Assembly: GCA_001643675.2 (NCBI GenBank)
Contig: LSRY02000003.1
Span: forward strand, 620,001 to 684,000
DNA length: 64,000 nucleotides
From: Monocercomonoides exilis PA203
Taxonomy: Eukaryota; Protista; Preaxostyla
Direction: 5' to 3'
The notes beneath the pieces were generated by a model. It was not told where the DNA came from and did no database searches. It worked only from the letters and a program-made list of their open reading frames with translations. Positions 39,401 through 51,000 of this stretch are shown here, in pieces. Numbering within the stretch: the first letter of the stretch is position 1; each line of letters begins with the position of its first letter. The position numbers and the translations under genes were made by a program.

Positions 39401-42400
39401 TGAGAAGACAAAGAATCGGGAAGAACAGGAAGATGAAGAATTGGCTGAAGAGAATTTGAATCTACAGAAGAAGAAGAAGAAGGATAATGAGGAGCAGGTG
39501 AAACAGATGCAGAAACAGAAGAAGAAGAAGAAGAAGAAGAAGATAAAGGATTTGGCACATTGTCAGGTGTGGACGGTGGAGGAGAAGAAGAATAAGACAG
39601 AGGCGAATAAGCTTGTTGCACAGCATTCACATTTCCGTGTGAAGAATCGCTGAACAGAAGAGGAGGAAGCGGAAGCTGGTTGTTTCCCTTCTGCAAAGAT
39701 ATCTTGTTGATGATGCCTTCATTGAAAAGTGTGCCTTTGATTTTTTCTCCTCCTCTTTCTCTTCTTTCTCCTCTTTCTCCTTCTCTTCCTTCATTGAAAA
39801 TTGAACTTATCTTTCTTTCTGTTAATTCTGCTACTTCGTTCTGTTTAATTCCAGCCAAATTGAATGAGCTGCTGTCGCTGTCAACAGGGCGAGCACGAAA
39901 CAGCAGCTGTTCCTGCGAAGAGAAAGAGGAAGAGGCAGAGTGATGTGAAGAAGAAGAACGAGAAGAAGAAGAAGAAGAAGAGGAAGAAGAAGATTTTTTG
40001 CTTGAAGAATTCTTCTTCTTTTTGTTATTCTTGTTATTATTGCTATTATTGATGGGTTTTCTATAGTAGAAAGGAGGCTGCACGGGATGAGAAGTAACCA
40101 TTGACTCGACAAGTGAAGGTGTCCATGCTGGCGCTGTTTGGGTGAAGGAGTCAGGGAGAAGCATGGAAGAAGAGGAAGAGGAAGAAGAAGAAGAAGAGAA
40201 AGAAGATGAATAAGTTAATGAAGGCTGACCGACTTCCTGCGAAGAAGCAGAATAAGAAGAAGAAGGTATTGAAGAAGCAGAAGAAGACACAGCAAACGAT
40301 CTCTGAATATGAGACAGATGAACAGGAGATAAGAAAGGCAGCGGCTGCCTGCTGACAAGTGTGGTTATCCAGCCAGCTGTGCGGGGGAGGGTAGAAGCGA
40401 TGCTCGCAAGCTCACGAGCTGAGGGGCGGATCATAGCAGAAGAAGAAGATGGGGTATAAGAAGAAGAGGAAACTGCGGATGCTTGAGAGGCAAGAATGGA
40501 TGAAGTGACGGAAGATGAAGTATGATTGTTAGAAGAAGAAGAGGAGGAAGAAGAGGAGGAAGAGGAGGAAGAAGAAGAAAGAGAAGAAGGAGAAGAACAC
40601 ATGGAGGAGAAGACGACAGAAGAAGGTCTGGCTGTGTGAGCTGGTCTGAGTGTTGAGAAATCTCTGTCGAAGGAAAAGGGGGTGAGTGCATTCATTGGAG
40701 AAGCAGAGAGAGGAGAAGAAGATGATGATGAAATGGAAGAAGAAGAGACAAGAGAAGAAGAAGAAGAAGATGATGATGATGATGATGAAGAATCTGCAGA
40801 AGAAGAAGAAGACATCTGAACAGAAGATGGATTTTGCAGCTGCTGAAGCTCTTGTGCTGCGATTGGATCGATCAAATGATGGAAGCCAGCAACCACATCG
40901 CGATGGATAGAGAGGGGGGAAGGAATATTAGCAGCATCGCTGTCAGAGCTAATATCAGATAAAGGCTGACATTCAGGGAAGAAGGAGCGGTCGAGAAGGA
41001 GAAGAGAAGAAGAAGAAGAAGAAGAAGAAGAGGATGATGATGATGATGAAATGTTATTTTGAGCAGAAGTTGATTGAGAAAGAGAAGAGAAAGAAGAACT
41101 AAGCTTTCTATAACCTCCTCCAAAACTCACATTATATTCGTCTTCTTCTCCTGAAGGTGTGAAAGAGCGGTGTTGCGATAGATACATCTGAAGAGAGTCG
41201 CCAACAGCAGGGAATGGAATGTCATTGGCAAAGAAAGAAGAACCAGAAAGAACAGAAATAGCATGTTGGGATTGGTTCTGAAGGGAATAAACAGAAGAAG
41301 AAGAAGATGATGAAGAAGATGAAGATGAACTCATCTGCCCCATCATCGGCGATGGTGTGTGCGAAGGAGAAGCTGCCTCGCCCGTTGCAAAGTGAGGCGA
41401 CGGGATGGGAGAAGCAAAGCGGCTGGTGCTGCTGAGGGGGAGCTGTGCCTGCGTGTTGTATGGCAGCATCATCTGCAGGCGGAGCTTGAGAAGGTCAGAA
41501 GTGATGGTGGGCACATCGATGGCTGGCATGGCAAGCCCTTCGCTTTCGCAGAGGGGAAAAGAGAGAGGAATTGAGGGGGGCTGCTGGAGAAGGGAAGAGT
41601 CGAAGGAGTTGAGGGAAGAGAGAGAGGAAGATGCGGAAGACGAATTTGATGACGATGATGATGATGAAAATGAAGAAGAAGAAGAAAAATTCATTGAAGC
41701 ATAAGAAGAAGAAGAATATGCAGAAGAAGAAGAATTAACATCATGAGAAGCAAACGAGTTGCATATTGCATCCAACGCAGTCACTGCAATCAGCGTCTGC
41801 TCTGAATGCATCTGTTGTATGTCCTTCTCCCTCTCCTTCTGCGTGTGCATCTCTTTGTCTCTCTCTGGATGCAGCAGGCGGAAGATGATGTTGATGGCTG
41901 AGGGAAGATGGAGAGTGGCCACACAGAGAAGCCACTGCGCATAGAGGAGCGTGCAGCCGCTGGCCAATGGCTTCTTGGCGGGGAAGAGGAAGTCCGCGAG
42001 GTCTTCGATGAATGCAACGGGGGAAGGGAATCTTTGAGAAGAGGAAGAGGAGGAGGAGGAGGAAGATGATGTATTGTTGGGAGATCTTCGTGAAGGCGCT
42101 CGTTTTGCAGCAGCCGTCTCTGCCAGAAGTGCGCGGAGGATGACGTATGTGGCGTGGATGGCGCAGTCCAGTGTGAATGACGAGTGAGTCTTCCACGTCT
42201 GCTTCATGAACTTCATGATTCTGTCACAGCGCTCGCAGATGAGGCGGTTGGGCAGGCAGCTCAGCAGCACAATCAGAGTGGGAAGGACAGAGTGTGCCAG
42301 ACGCGGCTGGCTGCCCCACTTCATCAGAATGTCAAACAGCAGCGCCAGCTCGTCCATGAAGCGGTTCCCCGTCGCCTCGCTCTTCTGCTTGTCTCCTTTC

Positions 42401-43534
42401 AGCATCATCTTCCCTTTTTGCATCAGGGAGGACTTCTTCTGCGTCTTGTCCCCTTGCCCTGCCGTCCCGCTTTCGTAGTCGGCGTCCCTCTGACTCTCTA
42501 TCATCGCGTCCCCGCAGAAGGCGTGATTGTACAGCATCATCCGCAGCGCCTCGCAGAACGGCCCGCGCAGAGAGCTGTGAATCGACCCGTCTTTGACTGA
42601 ATCAAGTACTGAAATAAACCCTTTCATCCGCTCTCCGCTTGTTCCAATGGACAAATACTTCATTTGCGCGAGAAATCCCCCCGCATACGCTTGCGGATCT
42701 TTCGCTCGGTCCCGAGGCAGCTTCATCAGAACCCGAATTTCCTTCCAAAGTCCGCTGATATCTGCGCGTAAACGTGATAAATGGCCAATTGTCAGAGATA
42801 CTTCAGAAAGAAGATCGTTAATTGTATCTTTCAATCCCACATAGTCTTCAAATCGAATCGCCAATCTAATAGAAAGGTAAAACGCAAGAGTCTATTTCAA
42901 AAATAAAACATAGCCATTCACATACTTGCTTGTTTTGTAATCATTTCTATTCAAAGCATTCAACGCAAGTGACATCAAAGATTGTGAAAGTTCAAAGCCT
43001 TTTACTTCGAGATTTGGGAACTAAAAAGCAAATCAATTTTGATAGCTCTTTGCAATAAAAAAAGTCATACCCTCAGAAAATAATTCAGAATCATAAAAAA
43101 GAAATAGTCAATCGTTAACTAAAATAAATTGAAATAATAATTATGCTATTAACAAATAATCGCTTAGCAATCACATCACACTTTTGTTTTAGCTCGATTG
43201 AGTGGCTGACGATGTTGTACTGCCATTGCTTGTCTGAATTTTTTCAATAAAAATTTTAAATATTTCAAAATAAAAAACAGCCGAACGAATTGCTACGCCA
43301 TCCAACGAGCGCTTTAATAAAAAAGAACGGATGCTGTGATGCTGCAAGCGAATAAAGCGTGAGAAATTCATGGAATGCAGGATTATGAGTAAAATCAAAT
43401 TTGTCACTTATTCTTATATTAGGTGGAGAAGATAAAAATTCATCGATGTTATTGGAAAGCTGTTCCTCAAGGAGAGTGACTAGGTTATGGACAGCCCTGT
43501 GAGAAAGATACTCGCAGGAGGGTGAATACTCCAT
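18433..43534 (-). CDS. FRY: Furry/Tao3/Mor2 (MOR2-PAG1 family) cell-morphogenesis scaffold, about 8,291 aa. Exons 43534-43287, 43233-43182, 43118-43071, 43020-42926 and 42865-18433.
   Basis: Exon 1 SCEYLSHRAVHNL...HNPAFHEFL...FFIKALVGW resembles Furry PGEYVLKSLF...EDPQFDQVI...ILRTLFDW. Further matches: LTIDYFFFMIL (cf. LAIDFIFSLVL); LAQMKYLSI; SVLPTLIVLLSC; IDSLGIVLLCSSVVETRVAALSVLR. The C-terminal block reads TTRDVHAASRSHHIFRSL, WALISLLRSDFVHVF, GLCPLILRGL, LVSALLPFLL (cf. SSRHYAGRSFQIFRAL, WVTVALMESDFEFEY, GLQQLLLKGF, NVLCLLPQL). Four GT-AG introns of 53, 63, 50 and 60 nt keep the frame: 248+52+48+95+24433 = 24876 nt = 8292 codons. Confidence 0.87.
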
Positions 43535-43949
43535 TGAGTTTCAAGGAAAAATGAAGGTAAATTTGATCATTAATAAATCACAATAGGTGAAATCTTTTGT
43601 TTTTGGTTGTATGACTTTGTATAACTTAATTTCGCAAACTGTAAAAAACGTTCAAAGATACACAATTTCTTTGCGTTTTATAAAAATTTGAAAATAGTTA
43701 TTTATTGATTCTTGACTCTATCAATTGTGCCTTCAAATATTATTTTGAAATGAAATTATTGAGCAGTGCCTTTTTAAAAAATCGATTTTAATATCATTGA
43801 ATAACTTTTAAATCCTTGAACTATTCTCAAATTACGGATATTTGATATACTCAAGGGAATTATGTTATAGCTTTTTTAAGAAGCATTTCATGCCTCTTTT
43901 TCATTCCTGTATATATGAATCTTTTTCTTTTTCTTTTTCGCTTCCCTTA

Positions 43950-44690
43950 TTTCACAAAAAATCATCTTTCCTCAAAAATAATTCTTCGCCAAAGGTTAAT
44001 GACAGGCATCTTCATAATATCTTGAATTTCGTCTGTCTGTCTGTATTTTTCCTTCCCAACTTTTCTTCTTCTTCTTCAAAGCCATCTAATCCCTCGTTCT
44101 TTCAGCATCCTGAACAAAATAATAATCACTTCAAAATAAATAATAACAGCAAACCTTCCAAACATTTTTATAAGCAATTTTCTGTTTTTTATCCCATTGG
44201 CACCTGTTTTCTTCAATACAATTTCATTATTCCTTCCATTTTCAAGTGTTTCATCATCTGATTCGCAAATCATCCTTTCCATCAGTTGTTTCTCTATCAA
44301 ATGCAGCGATTTCTTGTTCTTCTGAAAAATGCAAAATTTATGCTTTCTGCTCAAGTCCAATCTCATCATCATTGAAAAATATCATTGTTTTTCGTCTGAA
44401 AATATCATCTCCAATTCCCTTCCCAAACCCTTCATCCTGGGCACTTTCCATATGAATTCGCTCTCCCAACTCGATGGTCACCCTGCACAACGAGATATCC
44501 CGCTTTTATTCATTTTCATTCTTTTCCTCCTGCTGCTTTTGATACAATGCAAAAATTCATCTCATTCAAAAACAAATAAATACGAACTCAAATATTCTTT
44601 CCGCTCCCTTTCAGCCTTTTCAGTGAATTCAGCGAAGCATTTTTGTTCAAAAACACTTTCTCAATTCTCCAAAGAAATCAAGTCATCTTG
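43950..44690 (-). pseudogene. Decayed gene remnant of unknown family
   Basis: Purine-rich, coding-like minus strand with short intron-like segments (GTTCGT...AAAG; GTTTGC...TTCAG), but interrupted by stops in all frames. Confidence 0.3.
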
Positions 44691-45036
44691 AACTAAATAA
44701 AACAATATTTTCTAAAAATGAAAAAGAAATGAATTCACTTTTCAAGGGGGAAAATAATCAAACTTTTAATCATTTTTCCATTGGGCAGCAAGAACAATAC
44801 ATGCGCAGAAAAAAAATAGACAAAATAATTATTCATTACAATAAAAAAATGAAATCGAATTATGAAACAAACATTAAATATGTAATTTTCAAGAAAATTA
44901 TATGCCATTGTCATGATTCGAGATTTCATGCAAAACTGTGAATAGAAAAAATTCTTTTTTGAAAAATTTGATTGATCGCATATATAATTAATATTTTCAT
45001 TTTTGTTATGTTTGGAAGTCGTTTATCTTGTGGAAT

Positions 45037-48000
45037 ATGAAAAGAAATTCGACAGCAATATTTTTATTGACTATTATGTTGTGTTTTCTTACCAGAAGTG
45101 AAGCAATAAAAAATATGCTCCCCAATGGGCAAGCGGAGAACGTTGGAAATACAATATTCAATCATATCACATGTGTTGAGGCAAGTCTGAATATCATCAA
45201 CGCCTCCTTGAGTGTGACCCATCTCAACATCATCCCTCTCGCTGGTTGTCCACTCCTCACTGCCCAACACCACTCGGCTGCCTCCATCTGCTCCTCCACT
45301 TGCCAAGTCAACCCAGCAGCAAAATCTCCACTTTTCCTCTCTGCCCATGCCTCCCTCTCCCTCACAAACTTCTCCCTCACCACCCGCCAACCTGCCATCT
45401 TCTCCTTCCCCCTCTTCTCCACCCCAAACAATCTCCTCCCAAATGCCCACTCCCCAATCCCTGCCTCCTTCTCCATCTCCCACTCCTCTTTCTCCTCCTT
45501 CATCTCCCTCATCCAGCCCTTCATTTTTTCTCCTTCTTCCCTCTCTTCCCCTTCTCCTTCATCTTTCTCATCCTCATCCTCATCCTCTTCTTTTTCTTCC
45601 TCTTCCCCTTCCTCTTCCCCTTCTATTTCTTCTTCCCCTTCCCCTCTCCATATCTATCACCAATTCCATCCCCACTTCCAAATCCACCTCAATCTCCATC
45701 TCTCAAACGCCCTCTTCTCCAACATCTCATCTCCCCAATCCCATTCATCTCTTCAATCACTCCCCTCCCACTCACTCCATTCATTCATCTCAACCACTTC
45801 TTCCTCTTCTTCCACCTCCATTTCCACCAACACCAACACCAATTCAATTCCCTCATTCTCTCTTCACTCATCCCTCTCCATCCACTCAACCATCTTCCTC
45901 CACACCCACAACCCCATCGATGGTGCCATCCTCCCAAATCTCAACAGCCCATCCACCTCTCTCTTTGCATTCAACACCTCTTTCCTTCACCAAACACGCT
46001 CTTTATCAAATGCTGCTGTTGTATATGAAGGAAATGAAACTCACAGAAAAACACCTGGAAGATTGACTTCGTTTGATGTGAACAGTCATAAATTTGAATG
46101 GTGCATATGGGAAAATACAACTGGTGGATCAAGTGAAGGAGGAGCGCTTTATGTTAACCGTGCAAATGCAAATCTCACAATCACTTCTTGTTCTTTTCAC
46201 AATTGCTCAACCACAGGTGGATACAGTGGTGGAGCGTTATATTGTGAATTGTTGTTAAATGTGAACATCGCAAAATCCAATTTCACAAGTTGTTCAGCGT
46301 TGCATGGAGGAGCTGCTTACGTTGGCTGGCCGCAATCCAGTTCTGTTTGGTCAATCTCTGAAAACAGAGTGGAAAGTTGTTCAATCACAAAATGGTGTGG
46401 AACTGGCTGGTACTTCTTGCTTAATGATATGCTGTCAAATGGTCAATTCCTATTTTCCAAATGTTGGTGTATCGCAAATTCTGGTGGAAATTCAGCTGGC
46501 TCGCTAACATTTTTTGACCCTCCACAAAATAAACCAAGTCAGTTTTTGGTTAATGATTGCCAATTCATAAACAACAAATTGACAAGTTCATCAACTTCCT
46601 ATGGTGGTGCTGCGCTGTGTTGCACAGCAACTTATTCTTGGATGAATGAAATAAAATTCATCACATTTTGCTTCTTCGATGGAAACTCCGCTTCTAGTGG
46701 CAGAGGAAATGATGTGTTTTTCAATGGAAGCAGTATCACCCAATCTCCGTTTGAGAATTGTGGCTCAACAACTTTAACAAAAAGAGTGTGGAATAACAAC
46801 ACAGCTGATAGCGATGTGTATAATGGCTGGCTTCCTTTTATCACTCAGAATAAAATCGTTGCCAGCAATGGAACTGATGCTGATGCCTGTGGCAGACCCC
46901 AACAGACCCCATGCGCCACCATCGAGTATGCACTCAACGGCTTCATTTCCCTCCTCCAAGACACCTCTCTCACCCTCCTCTCCTCAACATTTGTTCCAAC
47001 TCAAACACTCACTTTCAGCGCGGTCGACACAAGAATCACAGGAAATGGCACAACTGCCACCACCATCGCCTCCAGTGGCATTCCCCAACCACAAAACTCA
47101 CATTCACAGTCATCACAATCAACATCATCATTTTCATCTGCATCTTCTTCACCAGATCCATCTGCCACTTCTGCCCTCTTCCAACAGAGCCAGGGATCCC
47201 TCACAGTCTCTGCCCTCGCCATTGCCCACAACTCCACAAACCCCATCACCCCCATCCTCTTCCACCTCTCCCAAAACTCCCCTTCCCTCAACCTCAACAC
47301 AACCACCATCACCGGAACAACCTCCATAACAATAAAAACTCCCCTCTTCTTCCTCACTGCTGGCTCCCTCGCCCTCAACCACACAGCAATCACACAACTC
47401 TCCCTCAACAGCCAGAGCATCTTCCACCTCACCTCCCTCACAAATCCCCTCACCCTCAACTCCTCCAACATCACCGGCATCACCTCCACTACCACCCCCA
47501 CCAGCTGTGTCCTCTCCTCTGCCACCTCCCCTGCCCTCTCCCTCTCCCTCACCAACTGTACCATCACCAATATCAACTCAGAACAGTTCAGCCAACAAAC
47601 TTCCACCAATGGCGGGTGCATCTCATTCGCCTCATCTTCCACTGCCAACACATTTTCTGTGAGGAACTCCACCTTCTCCACCTGCTCTGTGAGCGAGGAT
47701 ACAAGTTCTGGAGGAAGAGGCGGGGCTCTCATGATCGAGTACAAGGATGATTCGGAAGTGTCATCCACAACCTTTTCCATCACCAATATCGTGTTTTCAG
47801 CCAACAAGGCGAGTGTCGGAAGAGATGTGTATTTTGTGTGTGAATCATTTGTCGCTTCTGTGAAAGAGCCCTTGTTCGCCTTCATGAGAAGCATCACTGA
47901 AAAAGACAACTCGGTTGTTGGACATGACAGAACAGAAGTGTTCGGAGATTGGAATGTCGATTTATTCGTATTTTTTGATGGATTCTTTGATGATACAATA

Positions 48001-51000
48001 TATGTGGATGGAATATCTGGAGTGGATAAGGTGTATTGTGGGCTGGAGAAGGTGCCGTGTTTGAATGTGAATTATGGAATGGAGCGTTTAAAGAAAACAC
48101 AGAATAGAAAAGAGGAGATTATTGTTATTTCAAAACCGTCTTTGACTGGGTGTGTGAATGTGAGTAAGATGTGTATAAAGGCAAGAGAGGAAGCTGTTGT
48201 CAATATCGAATGCCAAAGGGATGTGAATGGATCTGACGGATGTATTCTGAAATCAACATCGATTACAGAAATGAAGTTCATTGGTATTGTTGTTCCATCA
48301 AGTTTCAGCAGAACAATCACATCAGTGATTGAATCAAATACTCAAAATGGGGAGCTTCACATGAAGAACTGTGAGATGAGTGTGATTGGAGGGAAGGGAA
48401 ATACAATTGAATTTTTCTTGATCAGATCAACGGGAAAGATGGTTGAACTGGACTCTGTCACAATTTCAGATGTGAAGTCAACAGTTTCGTTATTTTCATT
48501 TTCGCTTTCGCCTGGAAATGTGAATGAAAGAGAAAGTGAAGAAAAACACAAAGCAAAACTGTTGAATTGCACAATGGAAGGATGCAGTTTGGCAGAGCGT
48601 TCATTTGGTGAATCTCCATTGGTAATGGCTTCTTCTGTTTTGTTTGAAAACAGCAACTTTTCAAACGTTGTGAACACTGGAAGTGGTGAAGGAGGTGTTG
48701 CAAAAGTGATATTGAAAGGGAACGAAAATTTGATCATTAATTCAACAAATGCATCATTTTGTTCGCTTTCAACAGGGAATGGAAAAGGAGGATTCTTGTA
48801 TTTGGATTGTCAAAATTGTTTGAATGAAAAGCCATTTCTTTTTGAAAACGTTTCGTTTGCAAACAACAATGCAGCCATTGGAAAGAATATGTTCATTTTG
48901 GGAAAGGATTTTAATGCTTCTGTAACAAATGATTCATTCAACTTTGATTATTCATCAATGATAAATGATAAAACTTTGTTTGTTGGAAGTGATAGTCATC
49001 ATTCGAATAAAGATTTGTTCGTGTTTCTGATTCCATATAGTTCATTTGAGATATTTATCTCATCGAGTGGATTTGATGTTGCAAGATGTGGAAGTGAGGA
49101 AGAACCGTGCTTCACAATGTGGAAAGGGATGGAAAACATGGAAAAGGATATTGGAAAGAAAACAATTCAGATTGAAGGATCAACTGTGATTCGAGATTCA
49201 TTCAATGTGTCCAATTATCTGATCAAAAAGAGTGTGAAAATGGAAGAAGAGAATGTGAAAGCGATATTGAATTTTGAAAAGGCAATTGGAAGTCAACTGG
49301 AATATTTCATGGAAAACGATGGTCAGCTCGAATTATCAAACATCCAACTGCAACTGGCATCAGGATTTGACAATTCAGCCAAAACAATTATTTCAAACAA
49401 AGAAGGAACTTTGGTGATAACTGGATGTGCATTCCATTCAGAAGCAGGAGTGAACAATGAATTTGATTGTGTATTTGTGGATGCGATTGGAGGATGTGTG
49501 GAAGTGAATGATTTGTCGATTGAATCGCGCAATGTTGGAAACAGTATTTTTGTCATTCATGATATTGGACTCACTTGCCAGTTGAAGAATGTTCGAGTGG
49601 AATCATTGAATGAAAGTGGAGGTTGCATTTTGTCAATCAAGAAATCTGAACCAGGATTGAAGATTAATGAAGGAGGTGAAGGGGTTAACATTGAGATTGA
49701 GAAAACATCATTTTCAGGAGTGAAGAGAAGTGATAATGGAGCAAGCATTTTGGAATCAAAGAGTGAGAAAAAGATAGATTTGGTGGTGAATGAGAGCAAC
49801 ATCACAGAAGTTAAGGCAGAAGAAAGTGAAAAAGGAGGAGCCATATTCTTCACATTGGGATCATCTGGATCGATGAAGATGCTTGACTCAACAATTAGCC
49901 ATTGCAGCTGCAGTGGATCCACGGGGAAAGGAGGAGGAGTGTATTTGGCAACAAAGGAAAGAGGAGAACTGAATTTCACATTTGTGGGAATGAAATTCAG
50001 TGCAAACACAGCAAACGTGGGGAATGATGTTTTCATTGAATGTTTCAACATCACATCACAGATCAATGAAAGCCAATTCCAGTTTGATCTTCGAGAGAAT
50101 CATTATTCACGAATTAATGCCATCTATGGAATTGATAGCTGTGACTATCCAAGAGACACAGATCTGATTGATTTTGTGACGATTCATCAGAGTGACACAA
50201 TCATTGTAAGCAGTTTGAATGGATCAAACGAAAAACAATGTGGAACAAATGCTCTTCCATGTGATTCAATTGAACATGGACTAATGCATCTGACTTCGGA
50301 ATATGTGAGTCTGTTGCACATTGACACCAAGAGCGCAATTGAGGAAGAGATTAATTTGAAGGAAATGAGTTTGAGTTCAAAGAGCAGAGATTTGTGTGAA
50401 GTTGAAGTGAAATCAAACATTGGAAAAACAAGAGAGGCTTTGATTTCAACAACTGGAACAGTCTCATTGTCAAGAGTGAACTTTGTGTTCGATTCTGAAT
50501 TCATTTCTTCACATGATTCACTGATATCACCAGAAGGAGGAATTCTTGAGATAATGAATTGTTCATTCACAACAAAACAATTGACGGAAGGAATTAATGC
50601 AGAATTTGCAAACATTCCATTTCACATTTTCAACATGGCAAAAGGAGAATTACAACTCGATGGATGCACAATGTCAAATCTCATTCTTCATGAATCGACA
50701 TTGTATCTTTCATCACCACTTCCATCAGTGATTGATTCATTAACGATTTGCAATTCAACAATTAAAACTTCTCTGATAAATATAAACGAATGTGGACAAT
50801 TAACAATCAAGAATTTCAAAACAGAAAATATCACAGTTGAAGGAAATGAAGAATCATTTATATCATGCTTGTCAACGAAAAACACAATTCAATTGACAAA
50901 TTGCACAATAGGTGGAGTCAATACAATGACCACAAAAGGAAAATTGATGAAATTGGAGGATTGTTTGGATGTGAAAATGGACAGTTGCCTTTTTGATGGA

